From Hypanus sabinus (lineage: Eukaryota): 64,000 bases of DNA. The DNA is taken from contig NC_082736.1 in NCBI RefSeq assembly GCF_030144855.1, positions 25,482,001-25,546,000 on the forward strand, in the 5' to 3' direction. The stretch's first letter is position 1. Each line of letters begins with the position of its first letter. The notes beneath the pieces were generated by a model that did not search any database, was not told where the DNA came from, and saw nothing but the letters and a program-made list of their open reading frames with translations. Below, in pieces: positions 12,635 to 26,251 of this stretch. The translations under genes and the position numbers were made by a program.

Positions 12635-15600
12635 CATAGAAACATAGAAAACCTATAGCACAATACAGGCCCTTCGGCCCACAATATTGTACTGACCATG
12701 TAACCTACTCCAGAAACTACCTAGAATTTCCCTAGCACATAGCCCACTATTCTCCTAAGCTCCACGTACCTATCTAAAAGTCTCTTAAAAAAACCCTATT
12801 AAATCCGCTGCTACCATCGTCCCTGGCAGTGCATTCCACACACCCACCACTCTGTGTGTGGAAAAACTTGCCCCTGATATCACCCTTGTACCTACTCCCC
12901 AGCACCTTAAGCCTATGCCCTCTTGTGGCAAACATTTCAGCCCTGGGAAAAAGCCTCTGACTATCCACACAATCAATGCCTCTCATCATTGTATACACCT
13001 CTGTCAGGACACCTCTCATCCTCCATCGCTCCAAGGAGAAAAGGTCGTGTTCACTCAATCTATTCTCATAAGGCATGCTCCCCAATCCAGGCGACATCCT
13101 TGTAAATCTCCTCTGCACCCTTTCTATGGCTTCCACATCCTTCCTGTAGCGAGGCGACCAGAACTGAGCACAGTACTCCAAGTGGGGTCTGACCAGGGTC
13201 CGATATAGCTGTAAACGAGCTGTATAGCTCGTTTCCTAAACTCATTCCTACGGTTGATGAAGGCCAATGCACCGTATGCCTTCTTAACAACACTGTCAAT
13301 CTGCGCATCTGCTTTGAGTGTCCTATGGACTCGGACCCCAAGATCCCTCTGATCCTCCACACTGCCAGGAGTCTTACCATTAAAACTATATTCTGTCATT
13401 ATATTTAACCTACCAAAATGAACCACCTCACACTTATCTGGGTTGAACTCCATCTGCCACTTCTCAGCCCAGTTTTGCATCCTATCAAAGTCCCGCTGTA
13501 ACCTCTGACAGCCCTCCACACTATCCACAACACCCCCAACCTTTGTATCATCAGCAAACTTACTAATCCTATCCCTCCACTTCCTCATCCTGGTCATTTA
13601 TAAAAATCACAAAGAGTAAGGGTCCCAGAACAAATCCCTGAGGTAACCCACTGGTGACCAACCTCCATGCAGAATATGATCCAAGTGGTCTACAACCACT
13701 CTTTGCCTTCTGTGGGCAAACTACTTCTCGATCCACAAAGCAATATCCCCTTGGATCCTATGCCTCCTTACTTTCTCAATAAGCCTTGCATGGGGTACCT
13801 TATCAAATGCCTTGCTGAAATCCATATACACTACATCTACTGCTCTTCCTTCATCAATGTGTTTAGTCACATCCTCAAAAAATTCAATCAGGCTCTTAAG
13901 GCACGACCTGCCCTTGACAAAACCATGCTGATGACTCCTCTCCAAACGTTCATAAATCCTGCCTCTCAGGATCTTCTCCATCAACTCACCAACCACTGAG
14001 GTAAGACTCACTGGTCTATAATTTCCTGGGCTATTCTACTCCCTTTCTTGAATAAAGGAACAACATCCGCAACCCTCCAATTCTCAGGAACCTCTCCCGT
14101 CCCCAATGATGATGCAAAGATCATCGCCAGAGGCTCAGCAATCTCCTCCCTCGCCTCTCTCAGTAGCCTGGGTTACATCCCATCCGGTCCCGGTGACTTA
14201 TCCAACTTGATGCTTTCCAAAAGCTCCAGCGCATCCTCTTTCTTAATATCTACATGCTCAAGCTTTTCAGTCTGCTGCACATCATCACTACAGTCATCAA
14301 GATCCTTTTCCGCAGTGAATACTGAAGAAAAAGTACTCATTAAGTACCTCTGCTATCTCCTTCGGTTCCATAAACACTTTTCCACTGTCACAGTTGATTG
14401 GTCCTATTCTCTCACATCTTATCCCCTTGCTCTTCACATACTTTTAGAGTGCCTTGGGGTTTTCCTTAATCCTACCCGCCAAGGCCTTCTCATGGCCCCT
14501 TCTGGCTCTCCTAATTTCCTTCTTAAGCTCCTTCCTAGCAGCCTTATAATCTTCTAGATCACTATCATTACCTAGCTCTCTGAATGTTTTGTAAGCTTTT
14601 CTTCTTATTACAGCCTTTATACACCATGGTTCCTGTACCCTACCATAACTTCCCTGTCTCATTGGAAAGTACCTATACAGAGCTCTACACAAATATCTCC
14701 TGAATATTTGCCATATTTCTTCTGTATGTTTCCCTGAAAATATCTGTTTCCAATTTAAGCCTCCAATTTCCTGCCTGATAGCTTCATAGTTCCCCTCACT
14801 CCAATTAAATGCTTTTCCAACTTGTCTGTTTCTATCTCTCTCCAATGCTATTGTAAAGGAGATAGAATTATGATCACTATCTCCAAAATGTTCTCCCACT
14901 GAGAGATCTGACACCTGACCAGGTTCATTTTCCAATACCAAATCAGGTACAGCCTCTGCTCATGTAGGCTTATCTACATATTGTGTCAAGGAACCTTCTT
15001 GAACACACCTAACAAACTCCACCTCATCTAAACCCCTCGCTCTAGGGAGATGCCAATCAATATTTGTGAAATTAAAATCTCCCATCACGACAATCTGTTA
15101 TTATTACACCTTTCCAGGATCTGTTTCCCTATCTGCTTCCTTGATATCCCTGTTACTATTGGGTGGCCTACAAAAAAACACCCAGTGAAGTTATTGACCC
15201 CTTCCTGTTCCTAACCTCCACCCACAGAGTAGACTGTCCCTCCATGGCGTCAACCTTTTCTGCAGCTGGGACACTATCCCTGATCAGCTTTGCCACACCC
15301 CCAGCTCTTTTGCCTCCCTCCCTGTCTTTTCTGAAACATCTAAAACCCAGCACTTAAAGTAACCATTCCTGCCCCTGAGCCATCCAAGTCTTTGTGATGG
15401 CCACCACATCATATCTCCCAAGTACCGATCCATGCTGTAAGCTCATCCACTTTTTTTTCACAACACTCCTTGCATTAAAATAGACACATCTCAAACTGTT
15501 GGTCCGAGCGGGTCCCTTCTCTATCACCTGCCTATCCTCCCTCTCGCACTGACTCCAAACTTTCTCTGTTTGTGAGCTAACCTCCTCTTCCCCAGTCTCT

Positions 15601-16780
15601 TCAGTTTGACTCCCACCCCCAGCAATTCTAGTTTAAACTCTCCACAGCAGCCTTAGCAAACCACCCACCAGGATATTGGTTCCTCTGGGATTCGAGTGCA
15701 ACCTGTCCTTTTTGTGCAGATCAGTCTTACCCCAAAAGAGGTCCCAGTGATCCAGAAATCTGAATCCCTGCCCCCTGCTCCAATCCCTCAGCCACACATT
15801 TATCCTCCACCTCATTCTATTCCTATTCTCACTGTCATTTGGCACAGGCAGTAATCCCGAGATTACTACCTTTGCAGTCCTGCTTCTCAACTTCCTTCCT
15901 AACTCCTTGTAGTCTTTTTTCAGGACCTCTTTCCTTTTCCTACCTACGTCATTGGTACCAATATGTACCACGACCTCTGGCTGTTCTCCTTCCCACCACA
16001 GGATATCTTGGATGCGATCTGAATCATCCCGGACCCTGGCACCTGGGAGGCAAACTACCATCCGAGTTTTCTTCCTGCGTCCACAGAATCACCTGTCTGA
16101 ACCCCTGACTATAGAGTCCCCTATCGCTACTGCCTTCCTCTTCCTTTCCCTACCCTTCTGAGCCACAGGGCCGTCCTCTGTGCTGGAGAACAGGCCACTG
16201 CCACATCCCCCAGGTAGGCTGTCTCCCCCAACAGTACTTAAACAGGAGTACTTATTGTCAAGGGGTACAGCCACAGGGGTATTCTCTAGTACCTGACTCT
16301 TCCCCTTCCCCCTCCTGACTGTGATCCACTTGTTTGTCTCCTGTTGCCCCGGAGTGACCACCTGTCTGTAACTCCTCTCTATCACCTCCTCACTATCCCT
16401 GACCAGATGAAGGTCATCAAGCTGCATCTCCGGTTCCCTAACTCAGTCCCTCAGGAGCTGCAGCTCGACATACCTGGTGCAGATATGGGTGTCCGGGAGG
16501 CTGGGGAACTCCAGGATCTCCCTCATCTGACACCGAGCACAGAAAACTGGCCTCACAGACACATTTCCTACCTCACCTCGTCCTGTTACTGCCTAAGCCT
16601 GTTGAGCCAAAGCCCTACCACTCCCGACGCTGCCCGCTGGATATGGCTGCCTTCTTTTTAAACCTCTCGTGCTCTACTGGCTGACATCACACAGCTGCGC
16701 AGTCTCGCCTCTCTTTAACATGAGTAGTTAAAAACTCTCTGCTCCAAAAGATCAGCAGTTCACTCACACCCTTCTTGCTC
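12635..16780 (-). mobile_element. Near full-length degraded CR1 LINE (ORF1 SGNH-esterase type, ORF2 APE-RT), nested in an older CR1 fragment (12490-12610 / 16785-17370)
   Basis: ORF1 VVCLPGARVRD..VVVHIGTNDVG; ORF2 EHFGDSDHNSI, VDVVYMDFSKAFDKVPH, SKFADDTKVGG, EYCAQFWSPRYRKD; multiple frameshifts. Confidence 0.95.
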
Positions 16781-17389
16781 TGAATTTAAATACATTCAAT
16801 GACTTGGCATCCACAACCATCGGTGGCAATGAATTCCACAGATTCACCACCCTCTGGCTGAAGAAATTCTCCTCGTCTTCATTCCGAAGGGACCTCTGTC
16901 TATTCTGAGGCTGTTCCCTCTCATCCTAGACTCCCCCACGATCGGAAACATCCTCTCTACATCCACTCTATTTAGGCCTTTCAAATATTCAGTCGGTTTC
17001 CTGAATATTTCTCCCCAGTCCCCCAATTGTTTTAACCTCCTGCCCCAGATCCATTAAACTCCTCATACATGAATCTTTTCAACTTGGAACCTCGCCATAT
17101 CTTTTCTTAGAGTGGGGGCTCCAAATCCACGAATGCGATCTGATCTTGCTTTTATATTTCAGTCCCTCAACGAATGCTAACATAGAATTGGCCTTCGTTA
17201 CTACTGGCTTATCCTGAAAATGATCCTTCAGGGAATCCTGCACAACAACACTCAAGTCCCTTTGCAACTCTGATTTCTAAATTTGGTCCCGGTTTAGAAA
17301 ATTATCCACAGCTTTATTCTTTCTGCCAAAGAGCATGACTACACACTTCTCTACGCTGTATTGCACCTGCCTTCGAAGTCCCATGATCT

Positions 17390-18075
17390 AGGAGTCCTTG
17401 TTCATCCGTCACTGAAGGTGAATGAGCAAGTGCAGCAGGCAGTGAAGAAGGCTAATTGAATGTTGGCCTTTATTACAAATGGAATTGAGTACAAGAGCAA
17501 GGAAATCCTTTTGCATTTGTACAGAGCCCTGGTGAGACCACACCTGGAGTACTGTGTACAGTTTTGGTCTCCAGGGTTAAGGAAGGACATCCTGGCTGTA
17601 GAGGAAGTGCATCGTAGATTCACGAGGTTAATTCCTGACATGTCAGGACTGTCTTACGCAGAGAGGTTAGAGAGACTGGGCTTGTACACGCTGGAATTAA
17701 GGAGATTGAGAGGGGATCTGATTGAAACATATAAGATTATTAAGGGATTGGACAAGATAGAGGCAGGAAATATGTTCCAGATGCTGGGAGAGTCCAGTAC
17801 CAGAGGGCATGGTTGAGAATAAGGGGTAGGTCATTTAGGACAGAATTAAGGAAAAACTTCTCCCAGAGAGTTGTGGGGGTCTGGAATGCATTTCCTCGGA
17901 AGGCAGTGGAGTCCAATTCTCTGGATGCTTTCAAGAAGGAGCTAGATAGGTATCTTATGGATAGGGGAATCAAGGGATAGGGGGACAAGGCAGGAACAGG
18001 GTATTGATCTCAAAATGGCGATGCAGGCTCGAAGGGCCGAATGGTCTACTTCTGCACCTATTGTCTATTATTGTT
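17390..18075 (+). mobile_element. CR1 LINE 3' fragment
   Basis: ORF 17460-17816 LHLYRALVRPHLEYCVQFWSP; CR1 3' tail. Confidence 0.9.
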
Positions 18076-18177
18076 CTCAACACTACCTGCCCCCCACCTG
18101 TGCTTCTGTCATCTGCAAATCTATTTTGAGATGTAAACTGACGGTCTGCCATCTTGCCCCGGAAAAAAAAACTCCAG

Positions 18178-18267
18178 GCGTTCCGGCAGCTCTCCCACCG
18201 CTTCCACGGGAAGGGCTCGGGGAAAATGAAGACGGAAAAGCGGATGAAGAAGCTGGAGGAGGAACAC
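18178..18267 (+). CDS. SART1: SART1 coding exon
   Basis: ctccag|...|gtgagt; [30 protein letters not shown], a hallmark SART1/Snu66 motif. Confidence 0.96.
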
Positions 18268-18369
18268 GTGAGTGCCGCGTTGCGTTTGTCCCACCCTGCT
18301 TCCTCAGCCCCTCTCTGCCTCGAGGCCCAGCATCTTTCCCGGTCGCCACCCTTTTCAAACCGCTCTCCC

Positions 18370-18850
18370 CGTGGCCTCCTGTGCTTCCGTGATGAGGCCA
18401 AACTCCGGCTGGAGGAGCAATACCTCGTATTCCATCTCAGTAGACTCCAGCCTGATGTGTGAATATCAATTTTGGTAACATTTAGCTATTTCTCCCTCCT
18501 CTACCCTTCTTTTTCCATCCTTTCTCACCTGCCCATCTGGTGCCCCTCCTCCTTCCCTTTTTCCCCATGGTTTAACCCCCCCCCCCCCCACCCTTCAGGC
18601 TTTTACTAATTCCACCTATCACCTCCCAGCTTCTTACTTTATCCCACCTACCGCACCCACCCACCTGCCAGCTTGAACTCCTGCTCTTCCCTGCCCCCCC
18701 CCCCCCCCCCACCTTATTCTGGCTTCTTCCCTCTCCAGTCCTGAAGAGAATGCTTGGCTTGAAACATTGACTGTTTATTCCCCCCCCCCCCCCTCATTTG
18801 CCCTACTAAGTTCCTCTGGCACTTTGTGCGTGTTGCTCTGGATTTCCAGC
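18370..18850 (+). mobile_element. Penelope-like element 3' fragment (GIY-YIG C-terminus)
   Basis: [28 protein letters not shown] motif followed by a pyrimidine-rich tail. Confidence 0.7.
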
Positions 18851-19007
18851 GCCTGCAGAGATCCTTTGTGGTCTGTACCTGCCTGCTTCTCGTGTCCCGT
18901 GATCGACACGCCCGCCACGGGGAGACTGTCGGGGACCCTGTGGGTGGATGGGAGAGGCCCTGGGCAGGATGGTTGACCCACCTTGCGTTTCCCCGACCCC
19001 CATGCAG

Positions 19008-19129
19008 CTGCTGAGGAAGATGAGCTCCAGTGACACGCCCCTCGGCACGGTGGCCCTCCTGCAGGAGAAGCAGAAAGCGCAGAAGACGCCGTACATCGTC
19101 CTCAGCGGGAGCGGCAAGAGCATGAACGT
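19008..19129 (+). CDS. SART1: SART1 penultimate coding exon
   Basis: tgcag|...|gtacgt; LLRKMSSSDTPLGTVALLQEKQKAQKTPYIVLSGSGKSMN(V). Confidence 0.95.
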
Positions 19130-20087
19130 GTACGTGAGCCTGGGACAGGGCGGGTGGTCCTCGGTCGGGGCAGGGAGCGCTTTTCACCCGAGCTGGCCCC
19201 ACGACTGTCCGCGATCCCGTCAGCTCTGGTTTTGTCGGGGGGTAGTGGAGATCCAGTGGCTGTTTGGAACGGAGATAAGGAATTTCTTTAGCCCGAGGAT
19301 GGTGAATCTGTAGAAGTCATCGGCTGTGGGCGGCCAAGTCGTTGAGTGTATTTAAAGTGGAGGTTGATGGGTTCTTGATTAGGAAGGGCAGCAACGGTTA
19401 CAGGGAGAAGACGGGAATGGGGTTGAGAGGGAGAATAAGTGGGCCATGAATGACTCATTGGCCTAATTCTGCTTCTGTGCCTTATGGGGCCAGGGGTCAG
19501 TAACAAAATGGGAGGTGCCAGTTCCCCACGGCCCTCAAGAGAGCTGTTCAACACAGTCGGTCCATCTGCTCCACGCCAAACTGTTAGTCTGCCTAGTCCT
19601 GCCAATCCACACCTGGGCCACACACGTCCTGTCCATATACTGACCCAAGCATCTAACCGTTGCCGCTGGCAGCTCGTTCCACACCCACACCCGCACCACC
19701 CCCTGGGTTAAGAAGACCCCCCCCCCCCATGAGCTCCCAATGGTTTATCTGTCCGATAACTTCTCCAGGGGTGAGAATTCCGGTCATTCTCCCCCATTTT
19801 GAAGTCATATGTGTCCACACAGACGTTAACTGCGCAACACATTCGTCTTCCTTGGACTTCGAGAGACTACTACTATAGTGGGCAGGGGGGGGAGGAAGTG
19901 CATGTGTGGCCCTTTCTGGGTGGGGTGGGGGCTGCTGTGTCTGTGATCCGGACCCGTGTTGGCCACACAGCGTCTTGGCCAGCCGTTGGGTGGAGGGCGA
20001 TGCTTCGTGGCAGGTCTTCTGGGTGAGCGTTGCGTTGCGTCTGCTGTTCTCCGAGCCCCTGTTTCATGACTTTTCTTCCTTTTACAG

Positions 20088-20106
20088 AAACACAATCACC
20101 AAGTGA
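20088..20106 (+). CDS. SART1: SART1 last coding exon (NTITK*)
   Basis: ttttacag|a aac aca atc acc aag tga; phase-2 join restores the known SART1 C-terminus NTITK. Confidence 0.92.
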
Positions 20107-20201
20107 ATCTCGGGCGAGTGTCGGAACTGGGGCTGGCGAGGATTTGGATTTGTCTTTGTGTGACTTGGTCTCTCTGTCTCTATCCTTTTACTGTGTATAT
20201 T

Positions 20202-20207
20202 AATAAA
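20202..20207 (+). terminator. SART1 polyadenylation signal AATAAA
   Basis: aataaa ~95 nt after the stop, followed by T/GT-rich sequence. Confidence 0.75.
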
Positions 20208-21254
20208 AGCAGCTTTCTTTTTCCTAAACGGCTGTGTGTTTGAGGAGTGTCTCTGACCTGATGAAGTCTTGAAGGGTGTTGGCCCCAAACGTCAATTGTT
20301 ATTTCCCCTGCAGGAATGCTGCCTGGCCTGCTGAGTTCATCCAGTATTTTCTGTGTGCTCCTCCTCCGTGACCACCTCTCCCAGGGCAGATATTCCGAGC
20401 AATAATGTGGACCGTCCAGTTTTTCTCAGTCAGCTGTGTTGAAACTCGAGGCTGTTCTTTTCTCGGGCCGTTCTCTTTGCTTCCTGGTGAAACTGGTTTG
20501 GGCACAGAATCTGAGGAGCTTCTTTGGAGATTCAGCGCAGCAAAAGGCCGCTCCAGCCCAACGAATTAAACTGCTGCTCCGGAACGCCGGGGGAGACCCT
20601 CGCGGACACAGTGAGGATAGGCTGTACGAACTCCTTACCAACAGCAGCAGGAATTGAACCTGGGTCGCTGGGTGCTACATTGAGCGCGCCTCCCTCTGGA
20701 GAGCACAGGTTTCAGCCACGGTTCCGGCTCTGCGACACGGCGGGGAGGGGAGAACAGCAACAGAGCTCCGACATTGGCTGCCGGGGGGTGCGAGAAGGGT
20801 TCTTCGCTGAACCTGGAAGAGACTGTGGCCAACTGTTCTCTCTGCCAACGGCCGAAACTTGCTCATCCAGGCTGTCACGCCACAGAACTGCAGGGTCATC
20901 AAACATAACAGGCCCTTCACTCCATGATACTGTAAACTTTTTAACCTACCCTAACAGTCCCCAGACCCCTCAATTAATGGTCAGGCTCTACGGCATAAAA
21001 TAAATTGGGAACCCCTGATCTAACCTTTCCCCTCCTGCATAGTTCTCCATTTCTCAATCATTTACTTTCCTTTCTCCACCTCTGGCGGAGAATTCCATGC
21101 ACCCACTACTCCTTTTAAAATAAATAAATAAATAAACTTGCCTGTGACATCCTCCATTATATTTTCCTCCAGTCACCTTAAAATTGCGCTCCCTCAGATT
21201 AGCTATTTCTGCCCTGGAGAGAAGTCTCTGGCTGTCCACTCGATGTATGCCTCT

Positions 21255-24200
21255 AAAATTTGAGAAGCAGGACCGCAAAGGTAGTGATCTCGGGATTACT
21301 GCCTGTGCCACACGACAGTGAGTATAGGAATAGAGTGAGGCGGAGGATAAATGCGTGGCTGAGGGATTGGAGCAGGGGGGGCAGGGATTCACATTTCTGG
21401 ATCATTGGGACCTCTCCTGGGCCAGAAGTAACCTGTACAAAAAGGAATGGTTGCACTTGAATCCCGGGGGATCAATATCCTGACGGGGAGGTTTGCTAAG
21501 GCTACTGGGGAGGGTTTAAACTGGAATTATTGGGAGAGTGGGAACTGAACTGAATAGACTGGGGAAGAGGCGGTTGGCTCACAAATAGAGAGCTTGGAGA
21601 CAGTGTGTGAGGGAGGATAGGCAGATGACAGAGAAGGGACACACTCAGATGGACAGTTTGAGATGTGTCTATTTTAATGCCAGGAATATTGTGAACAAAG
21701 TGGATGAGCTTAGAATGGATCAGTACTTGGCTGAGGGATTGGAGCGGGGGGCAGGGATTCAGATTTCTGGAAAATTGGGACCTCTTTTGGGGTAGGACTG
21801 ATCTGCACAAAAAGGACAGGTTGCACTCGAATCCCAGAGGAACCAATATCCTGGTGGGTGGTTTGCTCAGGCTACTGTGGAGAGTTTAAACTAGAATTGC
21901 TGGGGGTGGGAGTCAAACTGAAGAGACTGGGGAAGAGGAGGTTAGCTCACAAACAGAAAGCTTGGAGTCAGTGCGAGAGGGAGGATAGGCAGGTGATAGA
22001 GAAGGGACCCGCTCAGACCGACAGTTTGAGATGTGTCTATTTTAATGCAAGGAGTGTTGTGAAAAAAAAGTGGATGAGCTTACAGCATGGATCGGTACTT
22101 GGGAGATATGATGTGGTGGCCATCACAAAGACTTGGATGGCTCAGGGGCAGGAATGGTTACTTCGAGTGCCAGGTTTTAGATGTTTCAGAAAGGACAGGG
22201 AGGGAGGCAAAAGAGGTGGGGGCGTGGCACTGTTGATCAGAGATAATGTCACGGCTGCTGAAAAGGTGGACATCATGGAGAGATTGTCTACGGAGTCTCT
22301 GTGGGAGGAGGTTACGAACAGGAAGGGGTCAATAACTTTACTGGATGTTTTTATATGGGCCACCCAATAGTAACAGGGACATCGAGGAGCAGATAGGGAA
22401 ACAGATCCTGGAAAGGTGTAATAATAGATTGTCGTGATGGGAGATTTTAAATTTCCCAAATATCGATTGGCATCTCCCTAGAGCGAGGGGTTTAGATGGG
22501 GGTGGGGTTTGTTAGGTGAGTTCAGGAAGGTTTCCTGACACAATATGTAGATAAGCCTACAAGAGGAGAGGCTGTACTTGATCTGATATTGGGAAATGAA
22601 CCTGTTCAGGTGTCAGATTTCTCAGTGGGAGACCATTTTGGAGATAGTGATCACAATTGTATGGTAGCTTTGGAGAGAGAGAGGAACAGATAAGTTAGAA
22701 AAGCGTTTAATTGCAGTAAGGGGAATCAAGCAGGAAATTGGAAGCTTAAATTGGGAACAGATGTTCTCAGGCAATAGTACAGAAGAAATGTGGCAAATGT
22801 TCAGGGGATATTTGTGTGGAGTTCTCCATAGGTACGTTCCAATGAGACAGGGAAGTTATGGTTGGGTACAGGTACCATGGTGTAGAAAGGCTGTAATAAA
22901 TCTAGTCAAGAAGAAAAAGAAAAGCTTACAAAAGGTTCAGAGCTAGATAATGTTGGAGATCTAGAAGATGATAAGGCTAACAGGAAGGATCTTAAAAAGG
23001 AAATTAGGTGACCCAGAAGGGGCCTTCAGAAGGCCTTGGTGGGCAGGATTAAGGAAAACCCCAAGGCATTCTACAAGTGTGTGAAGAGCAAAAGATGTGA
23101 AAGAATAGGACCTATCAAGTGTGTATGGAACTGGAGGAAATAGCAGAGCTACTTAGTGAATACTGAAGTAAAGTATTCATTATGGAAAAGGATCTTGGTG
23201 ATTATAGTGATGACTTGCAGCAGACTGAAAAGCTTGAGCATGTAGACATTAAGGAAGAGGATATGCTGGAAAGCATCAAGTTGGATAAGTTGCCGGGACC
23301 GAATGAGACGTACCCCAGGCTACTGAGGGAGGAGATTGCTGAGCCTCTGGCGATGATCTTTGCATCATCAATGGGGACGGGAGAGGTTCCGGAGGATTGG
23401 AGGGTTGTGGATGTTGTTCCTTTATTCAAGAAAGGGAGTAGAGATACCCCAGGAAGTTATAGAGAAGTGAGTCTTACTTCAGTGGTTGGTAACTTGATGG
23501 AGAAGATCCTGAGAGGCAGGATTTGTAGACATTTAGAGAGAGATAATATGATCAGGAATAGCATGGCTTTGTCAGGGGCAGGTTATGAGCCTGATTTAAT
23601 TTTTTGACGATGTGACTGAACATGTTGATGGTGGAAGAGCAGTAGATGTAGTGTATATGTATCAAGGCAGTTGAGAAGGTACTCCATGCAAGGCTTATTG
23701 AGAAAGTAGGGAGGCATAGGATCCAAGGGGACATTGCTTTGTGAATCCAGAACTGGCTTGCCCACAGAAGGCAAAGAGTGGCTGTAGACGGGTCATATTC
23801 TGCATGATCAGTGGGGTGCCTCAGGGATCTGTTCTGGGATCCCTACTTTTTCTGATTTTTCTAAATGACCTGGATGATGAAGTGGAGGGATGGGTTAGTA
23901 AATTTGTTGATGACACAAAGGTTGAGGGTGTTGTGGATAGTGTGGAGGGCTGTCAGAGGTTACAGCTGGACATTGATAGGATGCTGAACTGGGCTGAGAA
24001 GTGGCAGATGGGGTTCAACCCAGATAAGTGTGAAGTGGTTCATTTTGGTAGGTCAAATATGATGGCAGAATATAGTATTAATGGTAAGACTCCTGGCAGT
24101 GTGGAGGATCAGAAGGATCTTGAGGTCCGAGTCCATAGGACGCTCAGAGCAGCTGTGCAGGTTGACTCTGTGGTTAAGAAGGCGTACGGTGCATTGGCCT

Positions 24201-24765
24201 TCATCAACCATGGGATTGAGTTTAAGAGCCGAGAGGTAATGTTGCAGCTATATAGGACCCTGGTCAGACCCCACTTGGAGTACCGTGCTCAGTTCTGATC
24301 ACCTCACTACAGGAAGGATGTGGAAGCCATAGAAAGGCTGCAGAGGAGATTTACAAGGACGTTGTCTGGATTGGGGAGCATGCCTTATGAGAATAGGTTG
24401 AGTGAACTTGGCCTTTTCTCCTTGGAGTGCCGGAGGATGAGAGGTGACCCGATAGAGGAGTATTAAGATAATGAGGCAATGTGGATAGTCGGAGGCTGAA
24501 ACGACCAGCATGAGGGGGCATAGTTTTAAGGTGCTTGGAAGTAGGTACTGAGGAGACGTTGGGGATGTTTTTTTACGCGGAGAGTGGTGAGTGCGTGGAA
24601 TGGACTGCGGGTGATGGTGGTGGAGGTGGACACGATAGGGCCTTTTAAGAGACTCCTGGATAGGTACATGGAGCTTGGAAAAATAGAGGGCTGTGGGTAA
24701 AGCCTAGGTAGGGATATGTTCAGCACAGCTTTGTGGGCCGAAGGGCCTGTAGGTTTTCTATGTTT
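21255..24765 (+). mobile_element. Degraded CR1 LINE, same family as 12635-16780 but inverted; internal ~370-bp duplication near the 5' end
   Basis: End of ORF1 (KVVISGLLPVP), APE (LRCVYFNARS, YDVVAITKTW), RT (SGVPQGSVLG, SKFVDDTKV); the segment from 21356 recurs at 21728. Confidence 0.93.
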
Positions 24766-25455
24766 TTATCCTTCCTATAATAATGTGACCAGAACTGACC
24801 ACGATACTAAAATTCTGAGGGACACAGAGAGGGTACTTTCCACTGGGGTTGGGTGGGACTACAACTAGAGGGCATGGGTTAAGGGTAAAAGGTGAAAAGT
24901 TTAAGGGGACCATGAAGGGAAACTTCATGAAGAGCGTGGAACGAGCTGCCAGCACAAGCGGTGCATGCGAGCTCGATTTCAACGTTTCAGAGAAGTACAG
25001 ATGGGGACATGGATGGGTGTGGAGGTCCCCGTCCAGGTAGGGAGTTTAAATGGTTCAGCAGAGACCAAATGGGCCAGTTTCTGCAATGTGCTTTTCTGAG
25101 ACACCGTATCAGTAATCCTCCAAATGTGTTCGAACCAGGGTTTTGTCGAGCTGCAACGTTACCACTCCAGCCCAGAACTATCGATTCAAAGCTGCTGTGG
25201 CTGACAATTTTAAAATCGACAAGAGCTCAGTGGGTCAGGCAGCTTCTGCGGGAAGAGAAACTGTAAGCTAAAATATTAACCCTTTTTCTTCCTGCACACA
25301 GGAGGACCCCATAATGTTGAACCAAGTACGGTGAGGGTGTTATTCTAAAACCATTTTCCTGTGTAACATGTTCTGAGTGTGGCTGAGCTACTGAAGGTGT
25401 GAGGATGAGCTACCCCTCAAGGAACAACACAAGACACTACTCATCTCTGTAACTT

Positions 25456-25461
25456 TTTATT
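25456..25461 (-). terminator. Candidate EIF1AD polyadenylation signal
   Basis: tttatt on + is AATAAA on -, ~555 nt beyond the stop. Confidence 0.5.
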
Positions 25462-26015
25462 TTTTTTAATACAAAAACAAACATGATCTCTCTCCCCCCC
25501 CCTCCCCTCCACCGGTGGGGCGGCGTGATAGAGAACACAGTATATCAGCAAAATTATCTACCGGCAGGTTTTCTTTCTGGCTGGTGGGGGTTAAGGTGAA
25601 GAAAATCACCGATCTGCATTGTCAGTTGGGGTTCCAGTCCAGCCCCTTGTTCCTCACCAGCCCCTCCTGCGCAACAGTTAAGCCAGTCCGTCCAAATACT
25701 GCCTCCCCCCCCCCCCCCCCCGACTGCCTCAATTTAACAGGATTCAATGGGTGGGTTGGGCTAAGAAACAGTTTATCTGCGGCCAGGGGAGTGTATTCGA
25801 GCGTTGGACCCTGATGGTACTCCCCTGCTGAAGGGAAGGTGTGAAGGACACTCATTTGTAAAGAACCGTTCTCCCTGGGGTACCCTCCTGAACTCCGGAA
25901 CCCCCGAGACGGTGGACGAGCTCGGTTGTCTCAGCTCGACTCCATGCAAGAACACCTGCCCCTCCCCTTACACTCCCTTCCCCCCCCTCACAAACAATAA
26001 CCAGGCACCACCCAC

Positions 26016-26181
26016 TCACACCACCTCCCCCTCGCTCTCCTCGTCGCTCTCCCAGTACTCGTAGTTCCTGCGGTTTGTGTTCACGAACAGGTCCCCGTCG
26101 TCTTCAGAGTCATCGTCGTCCTCTGACTTGCCTTCCGTCTCCTCCTCCGACTCCCGAGTGCTGAGCTCTCTCTGGGTGTTA
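26016..26181 (-). CDS. EIF1AD: EIF1AD last coding exon
   Basis: Acceptor ttctccag; (S)NTQRELSTRESEEETEGKSEDDDDSEDDGDLFVNTNRRNYEYWESDEESEGEVV*; contains the DLFVNTNR hallmark. Confidence 0.95.
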
Positions 26182-26251
26182 CTGGAGAATGGGGGGGGGG
26201 GGGGGGGGGAAGAAGAGAGAGCATCAGAGATCCGCGTTAAAGACACCCCAA

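Noticed and set aside
12635-16780. Active autonomous retrotransposon or domesticated RT gene
   Set aside because: ORF1 and ORF2 are broken by many stops and frameshifts; the same holds for all CR1, Tc1 and Penelope pieces here
19134-19139. Alternative SART1 donor gtgagc
   Set aside because: It would put the last exon out of frame; the donor at 19130 restores NTITK*
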